NCBI GenBank assembly: GCA_964016885.1
Contig: OZ024741.1
Span: forward strand, 295,492,001-295,556,000
Direction of reading: 5' to 3'
DNA length: 64,000 nucleotides
Source of the DNA: Eledone cirrhosa
Lineage: Eukaryota
Every line of letters starts with the position of its first letter. The stretch's first letter is position 1. The position numbers and the translations under genes are program-made. Below the pieces are notes generated by a model. The model was given only the letters and a program-made list of their open reading frames with translations. It was not told the DNA's origin and ran no database searches. This document shows positions 27,936 through 40,888 of this stretch, piece by piece.

Positions 27936-28469
27936 GAGGCAAAGAGTAAGTTTATTGGAGGTGGAGGATACTCATTTGGATGCCACATAATCATTATTAT
28001 ACTTATTATAATCTCTGTATCTGGTACTTATTCCTGACACCTAGAAAACTGGAAGAACAAGTGAAACTACTGCCAGCACATCATAGTAGAACATACAATG
28101 TGTACATCATTTTATATCCACTTAAAAGATTCTTTAAATTACAGATAAAATCCCAAACATTATCTTTTCCTTCATTTTTTTCCCTTCAGCCCTTAAAATA
28201 GTATATTGTAAAAGATCTACCAACTATAAACAAAATCTTTGTTGAAATACTTATATGAAATATAATTATATACAACTTATATATCTGGTGCCATGATAAA
28301 ACTCACTCATTACATTCTGGAAAGTGGCATAAAATTATAGAAACCATGCTTCAAACTGAACATACATATGAGAAATGTATCTAAAAGAGCAGTGACTCTG
28401 AATAAGAACTGATCTTATCTGTAATCACTTATTCAAGCCATGCCAGCATGGAAAAACAAAAGGAATCAA

Positions 28470-28718
28470 TCAATAAGATCCCAGATCTCATCCATTTACC
28501 AAGTAGGCTGAAACTCATCAAGTCTGACCAAGGAAACAATGTTTCTATTGGTCTTTCCATTGCTGATACTATCTATTGGTTGCAACACCTGGCAGAAACA
28601 GCAATGTAAAATAAAGTGTCTTCCTTAAGGACATAATGCATCACTCGGTACAAGAGTCGAACTCGCAACCTTTACAATTGCAAATCCAACTCTCTAACCA
28701 CTAAGCCATGCGCCTTCA
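28470..28718 (-). mobile_element. SINE S2
   Basis: Reverse complement of the 11222-11475 type. Confidence 0.75.
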
Positions 28719-29062
28719 TGTTAACTGATGATGATAAGGAGGGGGAGGAGGAAAACTATACTTTTATCATATAACTATACAAATTCTTTTTAAAAGTTAA
28801 CCTTTTTTATATCAAACTGCCTAAAACTGTCCCTGGTTTAAAATGTATATATTTCTCTAAGAACCTTCCACCATAATGTAAGAATGTTTGTTAAGCTATG
28901 CTTCAAACACTAGTTTAATAATGTAAAAGTTAGTTCTGTTACTAAATCCTACCATATTCTTGATTATTTTCAAAATTGCTTTAAAATCGTTGGTAGTGTT
29001 TTTTTTTTTTTATTAAACAATTTGGATGAAATCATAAAATGAATTTATCTATCCATTTCTTA

Positions 29063-29420
29063 GTGGAATGTAAGTGTGTGAGAAAGGTAGAGCTTAGACA
29101 AGTTGAGGGAGAAGCTGGGTTTAAGAGAAATCCGAGGTGGTATGCAGGAGGGGAGACTGCATTGGTATGGAGATGTGATGTGCATGGACAATGATTGTTG
29201 GATGAAGTGCCAGGAAATGCCAGTGGAAGGAAGCTGCAGTAGAAGTAGACTAAGAAAAATCTGGGCAGAGGTTGTGAGAACTGACCTCAAATCATTGAGA
29301 CTCACAGAGGAGATGATAAAGGAACTCGCTTGAGTGGAGAGATGACATACTGAGAAGGACCCAACCAGCCCATGCAAACATTGAAAAACAGAATAAAAAC
29401 TATGATGATGATGATGAAGC
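29063..29420 (+). mobile_element. RTE LINE 3' fragment (related pieces at 32560-32830 and 54005-54358)
   Basis: LREKLGLREI..EGRLHWYGDVM..SRLRKIWAEVVRTDL followed by (ATG)n. Confidence 0.8.
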
Positions 29421-29813
29421 ATCATTATCCCATTGTTGTTTTTTTACATTTTCTTATCTGTTGTTTTTACATTTTCTTATCTGGGTTACATGGAACATTT
29501 TTGAAACGGTTCTCTACAGTCAGATGATCTTTCAATGCCAATTCATATTTATATGGTACTTATTCCAATCTTCACTTATGACATATTGTTTGTGATTGAC
29601 ATAAACAAACAGCACCGGTTATTGTTAAGCAGTGTCAACATGAAGATACATATGGAGATAAAGACACACACACACATGCATACACACACACAAAAAAGAC
29701 ACACACATATATACAATGTAATTCAGCACAATTTAAGTTGACCAAATTTCACTCAAAAGACATAGTTTAACCTGGGGATAACAACACACTTGCTCAAGGT
29801 GCCATGCAGTAGA

Positions 29814-30410
29814 CAGGTCTTGATTTGGACCTTTGGGACCCCTCATACAAAAAAAAAAAATTAGAATACACACCAAACCCCCAATTTTACATATCAAAGT
29901 CATCTGTCGCAGGTAATTCAAATTGAAATATACATACAGGCATTAAATTCCAAAAATCTAACCACCCTCATTTTATGTCTACTTTCAATATGTGTTGGAC
30001 AGATTGTCACAGTCCGAGACAAGACATATTAGAGTGACCTCATCATGCTCATACATTACACATTTGGCATGGTTTCTATGGCTGGATGCCCTTCCTAACA
30101 TAACCACTTTAGTGTGTTTATTGGGTGTATTATTTTTGCAATACCGGCACAACTATTTTACACAGCGACATCAAATATTTTGTATTCTGATAACCTGATG
30201 TCTCTAAAGTGGAGAAAATGTGATGAATTTTGCCATGGTAAGGACATTAAATACTTTTTGTTAAAAATATAGTTCTCGTTGTCAAAGGGATTAAACTAAA
30301 AAGCCCAGCAGATGGCACAAATAAATTGCTACAACCATCACTGGTGCAGCCCCCCGCTGTGAGGGGCCCGTGGCAATTGCCCCCTTTGCCTCCCATTAAA
30401 TCTGGCCCTG
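29814..30410. mobile_element. hAT-type MITE (same family as 11708) inserted into a SINE and containing a nested RTE 3'UTR-like fragment
   Basis: TIRs caggtcttgattt / taaatctggccctg; 8-bp TSD gcagtaga. Confidence 0.82.
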
Positions 30411-32954
30411 GCAGTAGAATCAAACCTGAAAGCATGTGGTTGCAGTATAAACTATTTAACCACACAGTCATGATTGCATGAATTAGTTATAATTTGTGGA
30501 TATATGTATGTAAAATGATAATATTTTCATTAAGCATGGATATGATGAGAATAACTAATGGAACTCACAGCTGGTACAACATTCAAGTTTTGCAAATATA
30601 ACCTTTGCAGCATAATAATGTATCAAATTTCATCATTTCATCTACAGTCTAGTCATAAACATTCTTTCTTTTTGAAGATATAGAACTTAAAATATGTTAT
30701 CACTTATCACTATGTTAACCCTTTTGTTACCATAACCCATGCAAGCATGGAAAAACAAACAAAAACGATGATGATGATGATAATTTGTAATGAAAGACGC
30801 AGCCTATAATGTTCCCATCATTTAAAATGTAATCAACTAACTTTCTAGAACATAAAATTAACATTGATTTTTACTTAAAATGATGATGGAGGTTTTCTTT
30901 TTATTCTAAATATTCTTTGGAGAGCTGTTCAGGTAGAGAATGGATCACAGGTGGCAAAGAGTGATACAGCCACCAGATATGACGGTTTGTTGTGGTATAA
31001 GTGGGCAGCTGCTGGATGAATAAGCAACCCCAGACTAATAGCAGTAAACTACTAGAGGAGATGGAGTAATGAGTGACACCTGTAGCTCACAAGAAAACTC
31101 CCACAATCCAGTGGTGTAGCTATGATGAGGCCAGTAATGGCTACCTTGAAAAAAGACTAGTCTTCACAGGTTTGAGAAAGTACCAAATTGGTGACTGGTG
31201 TGAATAAGACCACCAAAGCTGCAATAAAGTGAGAGGTACAAAAAAGAACCATACTGTATCGTGCTTCTCACAGGTTAACAAGGGACATGTTCAGGCATTA
31301 GGTAAATAAATATATGAACTTTAATACTTTTTTTTTTTTTCATTTTCAGAAAAATCGTAAAGGAAACTTAGGACAATAAAGAAGGGAAGTTGGGAACTAG
31401 CAGCATAGAGAAGAATTAAGAATTCCATGAGTACAAAACCTGTCATGAGGCTCAAAAGACTTATTCCTGCCATAACAGGGAAAATAATTAGACAGGACCA
31501 AGGAAACTATGGTTGTTTCATGGCTGATACTCTCTGCCAGTTGCATCACTGATTTCCAGTAACAGTAGGTGGAATTTGAACTTAGAATGCACAGAGCTAG
31601 AACAGATACTGCAAAGTATCTCACCAATCTTTTTATCAATTCGACCAATCCATCAATTCTAGTTTGATACTTTGTTTATTGAATCCAAAAGAAGAAATGG
31701 TTATGTTGACTTCAGTGGGAGTGGGATTTGAACTTATGTGTGCAGAAAGCTTTAACAAATACCTTGGTATTTAATCTAATGCTCTAACATCTTTGCCGAT
31801 TCGCCACATAATTATCAGGGAAAATGGCTCTAAAATTGTAATGTATTGCTTCTATTAGATGTTCTTTAATATCAAGACTACTGCATCTGATCAAACTTCA
31901 GCTGGTTGAATGGAGTTCACTCTGAAAGTAGACATACTGTTAGTAAATACATACTTTCTTCTCTTATCTCGTGTATATGTCACCAAGAAACCTACCTGAC
32001 ATTTATGTCTTCTCAAATCTATACAACTTACCATTCCCCAATAGCAATAATAACAATTCTCCAGACAGATGTGACAAACACTAAATTGAAGAATACTGAT
32101 ACAGTCTAATAATTATTTTAAATCTGCTGACCTTTTCCAGGCTGCTAGCCCTTTCTAAAACAGAGGAAAATGTTTCCCCAAGAAACAGTTTAAATGTTTG
32201 TGCAAACAAAGTGAAAGATATTGTACCAAATTTCTCTGACAGTGAAGCTTCTGGCAAGTGAGATAATGTAAAGAATTCTTTGACAGTACAAAACTATTTA
32301 CTGGTTTTGGTTTTCTGGTAATTATAGTTATCAATGTAACATGGAATTGCAATGTTTTGCCTTTATTTTGGGCATAGATTCACTGAAATGGAAACTTAAT
32401 TATTGTAATTTAACACATATGCAACCAATATCCAGATACTAAGAAAATATATCAGTTACAATAATCTCCCCATTAATGGCTACATAAGTGTGCTTTACAT
32501 CTTGACATTAGAGAAGTTCTTAATTTGATTAACTCTTTTTGTGACCATGTGTCTAATAAAATACACTGTAAATGTGAGAGAAAGACAGTCTGGGTGAACT
32601 GAGGGAGAAACTGGGTTTAAGAGGAATCTGAAGAAAGAAAACAATGATGCACATGGATGATGATCGCTTGGTGAAGATGTGCCAGGAAATGTGAGTCGAA
32701 GGAAGCCACAGTAGAAGTAGACCAAGGAAGACCAGGGCAGAAGTGATGAGAGCTGATCTCAAATTGCTGAGGCTCACAGAGGAGATATTGAAGGAAATTG
32801 GTGAGTAGAGAGATGCTGTGCTGAGAGGTCAAGTAGGTGGTTTCATCAAGTTGAACAAATGTCAGCAAATACAACCTTCTTCTCTACTGTACTCTGTCTG
32901 TGTGTGTGTGTGTGAATTCCAAGTGAAATCGAGGTAACACAGTTTAAAAGGGTT

Positions 32955-33776
32955 ATAGTCAGTTATATGGTTTGTAGTCAGACATTACTGGGCTGGAATA
33001 TTTGGTTGATGGATTGTAGTCAGACATTACTGGGCTGGAATATTTGGTTGATGGATTGTAGTCAGACATTACTGGGCTGGAATATTTGGTTGATGGATTG
33101 TAGTCAGACATTACTGGGCTGGAATATTTGGTTGATGGATTGTAGTCAGACATTACTGGGCTGGAATATTTGGTTGATGGATTGTAGTCAGACATTACTG
33201 GGCTGGAATATTTGGTTGATGGATTGTAGTCAGACATTACTGGGCTGGAATATTTGGTTGATGGATTGTAGTCAGACATTACTGGGCTGGAATATTTGGT
33301 TGATGGATTGTAGTCAGACATTACTGGGCTGGAATATTTGGTTGATGGATTGTAGTCAGACATTACTGGGCTGGAATATTTGGTTGATGGATTGTAGTCA
33401 GACATTACTGGGCTGGAATATTTGGTTGATGGATTGTAGTCAGACATTACTGGGCTGGAATATTTGGTTGATGGATTGTAGTCAGACATTACTGGGCTGG
33501 AATATTTGGTTGATGGATTGTAGTCAGACATTACTGGGCTGGAATATTTGGTTGATGGATTGTAGTCAGACATTACTGGGCTGGAATATTTGGTTGATGG
33601 ATTGTAGTCAGACATTACTGGGCGGGAATATTTGGTTGATGGATTGTAGTCAGACATTACTGGGGCTGGAATATTTGGTTGATAGGTTGTAGTCAGACAT
33701 TACTGGGCTGGGATATTTGGTTGATGGTTTGTAATCAGACATTACTGGGGCCTGAATATTTGGTTGATAGGTTGTA
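32955..33776. repeat. 42-bp minisatellite, ~19 copies
   Basis: Unit gtagtcagacattactgggctggaatatttggttgatggatt; identical core with divergent edges. Confidence 0.97.
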
Positions 33777-34350
33777 AAGTGTTAAACCTAATGACCTATA
33801 AACATATTTTAATTCCAATGTGAAAAAGTTCATCAACAATAATTGAAGGTAATGAGAGAAGTTTAGTGAAGCAACCTTAGTAAAGATATTTTTATATTAA
33901 TTGACAATCTCATCAGTCATATCGTAGTTTGAAGTCTTGCTTGCTATTACACTGAGAAGAGATATTAACACATATATGTGTTTATTGAAAATTCAGAAAT
34001 TTCGCTGTAAATATATATCTATATGTATGTATGTATACATACATTTATTTAAAATTCAAAAATGTCATTATATATATATATATATATTGGTACGGACCTA
34101 TAATAACACACACAAAACACATGCTTACGCACGTGCTCAAGTATAGCTCATTTTACAAAACGGGTTGTTTTTCATTTCAGGTAGACGCGCTCCATCATCC
34201 ACTTTTCTAAAAAACAAATCATACACAAAACGGCAGCACCAACAGTTTTGTAAGAGATGTCAACATGAATGGACCTGTTATTTTTATCTAAAGACATTTT
34301 TTCCAATTCCATCCCGCCCGTCCCCTCAATCTATTTTATTTCTCATTCTT

Positions 34351-34386
34351 TCTTCTGATGAAGGACTAGCGTCCGAAATGTTAAGA
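34351..34386 (+). ncRNA. Compact minimal hammerhead ribozyme motif
   Basis: tctt-CTGATGA-a-ggac tagc gtcc-GAAA-tg-TT-aaga; followed by an ~85-nt tail and (TA)n. Confidence 0.78.
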
Positions 34387-34490
34387 TCCTGTTCCTGCTA
34401 TATCAAGCGTTAACCTAATATATACCTTCTATATACTATACCGATTGTGTTGTTATTTCTGTTTACCTTTTCCATATATATATATATATA

Positions 34491-34676
34491 GGAAAATGTT
34501 TAACCCCGACGGCAGAGCTCAAGCCGTTTCGACGGCTATTCCAGAAATAGCTGTCAAAACGACTTGATCTCTGCCGTCGGGGTTAAACATTTTCCTATTA
34601 CCCACTCTACTACCCTAAGTATTGAGTACTCTGGTGCGTTATGGTCCATCTGGTTCCTTACCACAATTCCTTCGTT
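34491..34676 (+). mobile_element. Short hairpin+tail element (type A) in (TA)n
   Basis: Hairpin 34491-34595; tail tattacccactctactaccctaagtattgagtactctggtg... Confidence 0.78.
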
Positions 34677-34783
34677 ATATATATATTTGCTCTAGGGATC
34701 TTATATATTTGATATATATTTATCCTTATCGAGCCCTCTTTGGATTTTAGTCTTCAAATTTATTATTATTACTATATATATAT

Positions 34784-34974
34784 GAATCAGAATGGATGTA
34801 GTAAAAAAGCTGTTAGACCATTACTCACCAGAGTACTCAATACTTGGTGCAGTAGAGTGTGGTAATATGAAGTAGTCAGGACCCCCAAGGGCTGAGCTCC
34901 TGCTGTTTCAACAACTAGTTTGAAACTAGCTGTTGAAATGGCAGGAGCTCACCCGTTGAGGTCTCAACTCCTTC
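34784..34974 (-). mobile_element. Short hairpin+tail element (type B)
   Basis: Hairpin ~34869-34974; tail shares ccacactctact..aagtattgagtactctggtg with type A; second copy at 60139-60323. Confidence 0.72.
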
Positions 34975-34983
34975 ATATATATA

Positions 34984-35104
<121 letters not shown>

Positions 35105-35559
35105 GTGGCTTAGTGATTAGAGTATTTGGCTGATAATCATAAGGTTGTGAGTTTGATTCTTAGTGGCTCATTGTGTCCTTCAGTAAGACACTTATTTCAC
35201 ATTGCTTCAGTCCACTTAACTATCTCCATGTAACTTAACTATCTCCATGATGCACTATACATTTAAGAATTAGCCAAAACTAAACTTTATTTTTTTAATT
35301 AAAATTAACTTTAAATAATAGCTTTTAGAAGTTAGTCATTTTTAATCACTCTTCTATTCTTTGTCCTCAATTACTGATTCTTTAGCCGAATAAAGATCAT
35401 TTTATAACTTCTGAGAAATCATTGCTATGTTTTGAGCTCCTTCAAAGAAGTTACATTTTTAGCTCTTTCATGACTATATTTCTACTGAAATACACGATAT
35501 TTCAATTAATTAATGAAGTGTTTTTATAGTTTCACTGAAATTATTATTTCACAGCTCTG

Positions 35560-36042
35560 ATACTATGGGCACGGGGTTAGAATGTCTTAGGAAAGAATTG
35601 CAGGACAGATTTTACAGGCAAAACCAACTGGCAAGAGACCTAGGGGTAGACCCCAAGCAAGATGGTTGGATAACATCCATGAGCTCGGCTGGTCCTGTTT
35701 GCGGATCCAGCCAGATCAGTTGGAAACAGTTACTTCTGACAGGACCCATTGGAAGGAGTACTTCTGAGAACTCTGCCCCAACCACTGTAACAGGAAAAAG
35801 TGGACAAAGAAAAAGAAGAAGGCTTGGGTTCACAATTGTGAGATTGTAAGTTCGATTTCTGGACCAGCCAATGTGTTGTGTCCTTAAGCAAGCCACTTTA
35901 TTTCTGATTGCTCCTTCTGCCAGGAGCTGTAACGTGTAGATAGTACCAGCAATTGGAAAGACCAATGAAAACATTATTTTCTTGGTCAAATCTGATGAGT
36001 TCCACTCCCACCCCACTCAGTAATGAGGTCTAGGGTCTTATT
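35560..36042 (+). mobile_element. RTE-like 3' fragment followed by SINE S2
   Basis: AKPTGKRPRGRPQARWLD motif; then the S2 body. Confidence 0.6.
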
Positions 36043-36169
36043 GATTGATTGGTAAAACATGTGATTTTACTTCATTGAAACAGAGTCAAGTTTTGGGCTG
36101 GTTGGTTAGGGTTTTAAGTGTAACAAGAGAAAGGGTGTTCATGTTGTTGGGCCTTTGTCATATAATTAT

Positions 36170-37145
36170 AACAACACCTGTTACATATGTCCACCTTGTT
36201 TACTTTTGTGATATAAATAACACCTGTGTTACATATCCACCTTCTTTACCTTTGTCATATAAATAACACCTGTGTTACAGATGTCCACTTTGTTTACCTT
36301 TGTCAAATAAATATAACAATTAACACCTGTGTTACATATGTTTACCTTGTTTACCTTTGTCATGTAAATTTAACTTCTGATTAACACCTGTGTTAGATAT
36401 GTTTACCTTGTTTACCTTTGTCATATAAATTTAACTTCTGATTAACACCTGTGTTAGATATGTTTACCTTGTTTACCTTTGTCATATAAATTTAACTTCT
36501 GATTAACACCTGTGTTAGATATGTTTACCTTGTTTACCTTTGTCATATAAATTTAACTTCTGATTAACACCTGTGTTACATATGTTTACCTTGTTTACCT
36601 TTGTCATATAAATTTAACTTCTGATTAACACCTGTGTTAGATATGTTTACCTTGTTTACCTTTGTCATATAAATTTAACTTCTGATTAACACCTGTGTTA
36701 GATATGTTTACCTTGTTTACCTTTGTCATATAAATTTAACTTTGGATTAACACCTGTGTTAGATATGTTTACCTTGTTTACCTTTGTCATATAAATTTAA
36801 CTTTGGATTAACACCTGTGTTAGATATGTTTACCTTGTTTACCTTTGTCATATAAATTTAACTTTGGATTAACACCTGTGTTAGATATGTTTACCTTGTT
36901 TACCTTTGTCATATAAATTTAACTTTAGATTAACACCTGTGTTAGATATGTTTACCTTGTTTACCTTTGTCATATAAATTTAACTTCGGATTAACACCTG
37001 TGTTAGATATGTTTACCTTGTTTACCTTTGTCATATAAATTTAACTTCGGATTAACACCTGTGTTAGATATGTTTACCTTGTTTACCTTTGTCATATAAA
37101 TTTAACTTCGGATTAACACCTGTGTTACATATGTTTACCTTTGTC
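36170..37145. repeat. 61-bp minisatellite, ~13 conserved copies plus degenerate left-edge units
   Basis: Unit taacacctgtgttagatatgtttaccttgtttacctttgtcatataaatttaacttctgat. Confidence 0.95.
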
Positions 37146-37201
37146 GTATAGAATTTTGATTAACGCCATCAGATTAGAGAGATTCCTTTTTCATCACATA
37201 T

Positions 37202-37724
37202 TTAACCCTTTAGCAGTCACATTACTCTATATATACTATGAGAATTTGATATTATTTATTTTGAGAACACTACCTTAACCCTTTAACATTTACATTACTC
37301 TATATATACTATTGTATTTTTGTGGTAAAGGCTTTATCTCACATAATATCAAATCTATGAGATGTTGATATTATTTATTTTGAGAACACTACCTTAACCC
37401 TTTAGCATTTACATTACTCTATATATACTATTGTATTTTTGTGGTAAAGGCTTTATCTCATATAATATCAAATCTATGAGATTTTCATATTATTTATATT
37501 GAGAAAAATACCTTAACCCTTTAGCATTTACATTATTCTATATATACTATTGTATTTTTGTGGTAAAGGCTTTATCTCATATAATATCAAATCTATGAGA
37601 TTTTCATATTATTTATATTGAGAAAAATACCTTAACATCAGTATGAGAAACTGGTTACAGCCGGTTTGAACAGAGGTGAGAGGATTCTGTCCGGACACTG
37701 CCAGTTTATATGCTAAAGGGTTAA
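37202..37724. mobile_element. piggyBac-type (TTAA) MITE with its left 119 bp tandemly amplified
   Basis: TTAA-ccctttagca ... tgctaaaggg-TTAA; full copy 37513-37724; extra left halves start at 37202, 37275 and 37394. Confidence 0.85.
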
Positions 37725-37864
37725 ACAGAAATTCAGAAACTGATGAAGTGAGGAATGTTATTTAAATATATTGTTGATATATATAGAAGTCAAATTGGTT
37801 AAACATACTGAAAAAGAAAGCAGCATTGGAAAGGACTATGATATAGAAGTGCTGTTTTTGTTGG

Positions 37865-38560
37865 AGGTGGTGGTGATGGAGGTCTTGCCATGGTGGTGGT
37901 GGTGGCATGGCGGTGATGGAGGCCTTGCCATGGTGGTGGTGGTATGGCAGTGATGGAGGCCTTGCTATGGTGGTGGTGGTGGTGGTATGGCGGTGATGGA
38001 GGCCTTGCCATGGTGGTGGTGGTGATGGAGGTCTTGCCATGGTGGTGGTGGTATGGCAGTGATGGAGGCCTTGCCATGGTGGTGGTGGTGGTGGTGGAGG
38101 TCTTGCCATGGTGGTGGTGGTGGTGGTGTGGTGGTGATGGAGGTCTTGCCATGGTGGTGGTGGTGGTATGGCGGTGATGGAGACCTTGCCATGGTGGTGG
38201 TGGCGGTCTGGTGAGGAGGGTGGTGGTGGGGTGGGTATGATGATGTAGGTCTAGCCATGGGTGGTGGTGGTGGGGTGATGTAGGTTTTGCCATGGAAGGT
38301 GGTGGTGACAGTGTGGTATTGAGGGTGTTTTCATGGATGGTGGTGGTGATGGTGGCATGGTGTTGAGGATGTTGCCATGGGTGGTGTGGCGATGGTGGAG
38401 ATTTTGCCACTGGTGGTTGTGGAGGCATTGCCATGGATGGTTGTGGTTGTGTAGATAGTGGTGTAGTGATGGGGGTGTTGCTAAGAGTGGTTGAGGGGTT
38501 GATGGGGATGTTTTCATTGATGGTGGTTATGGTGATGGTAGTGTTGTTGGCAGAAATATA
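37865..38560. repeat. GGT-rich minisatellite / low-complexity region
   Basis: Units gatggagg(c/t)cttgccat(ggt)n(atggcggt), decaying rightwards. Confidence 0.9.
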
Positions 38561-39009
38561 GTAGTAGAGGGAGGTATAGAGGAGGTAAGGAGTAGAGAGA
38601 GGTGTAGAGGAGGTGAGGAGTAGAGAGAAGGGTAAGAGAGGTGAGGGTGGAGAAAGGGGAAATTTGGTAAATGTTATTGCTGATCTGATTAAGTTGTGGA
38701 TGCAATTAAGTCTGCTCGCAACATTGATCTTTCAGAAATAAATTTTTTAAAAATGAAACATTCATCTAACGATAAGAGAAATATTAAAAAACAACATCCA
38801 ACAATTTTTAAAAAACGTCAAATAGCATTGATTTTAGATAGATTTAACTTTAAAATAATCTCATCTAATTAACATTTTCTATTTGATGAGAAATTTCAAA
38901 TAACAAATCCGATGATATGTAATTGACTTTTTTATATATGGGAGTTGATGAGTTTGTATGTTAGGTATAACTAACATACAAGGTATACTCCCTTTCTTCT
39001 TCTTCACTC

Positions 39010-39420
39010 ACTTAATCCTGGGAGGGTCTTGGGGGAAGAGTCATCAAACACTCCTTTCAACAGGTTCTATCAGAAGCAACTGTCTCCAATTAATCCAGCT
39101 GGATTCCTAAGGGAGATCAGCCGAGCTTATGGATGTTATCCAACCATCTTGCTCAGGGTTTACCCTTGGGTCTCCTGCCAATTGGTTTTGTCAAACGATT
39201 CTTTCCTGAAACATTTTAACCACATTTCTGTAGTATTGGAGCTGGGGTCTCTCAATTCTAAGAAGTGGTATCTCTACCTGGAGTGACTCTCTGATCTCTG
39301 AGCTATGCACTCTATTGAGTAATTTTACTCCAAAGACCCTTCAGAGGAACCCCATTTCCACCGCTTGTATTCACAGTTGTATTCTTTTGGCTATTACACC
39401 AGATTCATGAAACATGGGTT
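39010..39420 (-). mobile_element. Old RTE-like 3' fragment
   Basis: Minus strand HESGVIAKRIQL.IQAVEMGFL.., GRRPKGKP.ARWLDNI; same family as 35560. Confidence 0.55.
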
Positions 39421-40329
39421 GGCACAAATATGAAACTGAAGATAGTTTCCTTTCTACAGTCAAAATTCACTTCAGTTTTGAACATTTGATGACTATAGTA
39501 CACTCTTCTTTAAATTATTATTATTACCAAATCTTCCCTATGTGTGAGTATCTCCTAATCAAGTCATTACCAGCCCTCCACTTCAGACAAACACAATAGT
39601 TGAGACAATGTCAGCACTCCACTTGTGACAATCAAAATGGTAGTTTTAGTTAAAGTCAACCCTGAAAATCGAACTTTCAATCCTTATTCCTTGGAGAGTT
39701 TTCTAAAATTCTTTAATGATAGAACCAAAAATTAATTGATTATCACTAGAAATGGAAATTTTAATATTGAACAAACTTGAGTAAATACATCAATAGCTCA
39801 ATATAGAAAAGAACTGAATTAGAGATTACAGTAACCTTTTTTTACTAAGAGGTTTTAGCAAAACTATGCAAATATCTCGCTACATAACAACAATGTTACT
39901 ATTACTATGTCAATGAAATAAAATTCTGTAGTTGACGTTTACCTCTTGGGTGAATGTAAACCGATGAATGAATACTAATCTCAGCTGTAAACAGAGATTA
40001 AGGGATTAAACCTGCCCTTAAGGATTATGTATGCTTTACTTGAGAGGCTGGTTCTTAATGAAGATATCGCTCATATTTTGAAACATCTTAACAAAAACTT
40101 TTCGATTGCCAATCCGTCGTTCTATGTGTACACAGCTTCTGTTATTTTAGTGGGTTCAAAAAGTTTATAATAGATCAGGAAACTGTAGTTGTCCACATTT
40201 AAATCTGGTTTTTGCTTTGTTTGTTTTTTTTATCTTATTCTCAAGTTAATTCAATACTTTGCTGTATAATATTATCTTTTACTGAGTAATCAAATTATGA
40301 TTGATTTTTTTTTTATTATTTAGAATAAG

Positions 40330-40520
40330 CGGTGGTGGATTGGCAGTATCGGTAGAGAGTCGGACGCCATGCTTTCCAGCATAGTTACGTCCCTTTACGG
40401 TCTGAGTTCAAATCCCACCGAAGTTTACTTTGCCTTTCATCCTTACGGGGTCGATAAAATAAAGTACCAGTAATGCACTGGGTAATTGCTGGCCTTATGC
40501 CTAAAGTAGAAACAATTATT
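40330..40520 (+). mobile_element. SINE S1, full length
   Basis: Matches 16860 and 61993; flanking direct repeat ttatttagaataag is a candidate TSD. Confidence 0.88.
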
Positions 40521-40682
40521 TAGAATAAGAGGCTAAATATTAAGAGTGAGCATTGTTGAACAAGTCTACTGGATCCACAGTGGAGTCCAGGGAGAGCACA
40601 AAGTTAACTTAATAAAAATGAGTAAAAACAAAGGTTTCTAATTTAGGCACAAGGCCAGCAATTTGGTGAAGAAGAAAATCGA

Positions 40683-40888
40683 TTAACCCTTTAGCATTTA
40701 AATCGTCCAGAATTCTCTCACCTTTTTCTGTTCAAACCGGCTGTAACCAGCTGCTCATATTTATGTTAAGGTATTGTTCTCAAAATAACTAATATCAAAA
40801 TCTCGTAGATTCAATATTATGTGAGATAAAGTGTTTACCATGAAAATACAATAGCAAATATAGAATAATGTAAATGCTAAAGGGTTAA
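40683..40888. mobile_element. piggyBac-type MITE (same family as 37513, opposite orientation), inserted in a SINE
   Basis: TTAA-ccctttagcattta / taaatgctaaaggg-TTAA. Confidence 0.88.

Noticed and set aside
31320-31400. Strong splice-acceptor-like site (t-run + cag)
   Set aside because: No associated ORF or donor site could be established
32959-33692. Repetitive ORFs (MSDYNPSTKYSSPV)n and antisense
   Set aside because: By-product of the 42-bp repeat; no synonymous variation or splice support
37762-38517. His/Pro-rich ORFs
   Set aside because: Translations of the GGT-rich repeat
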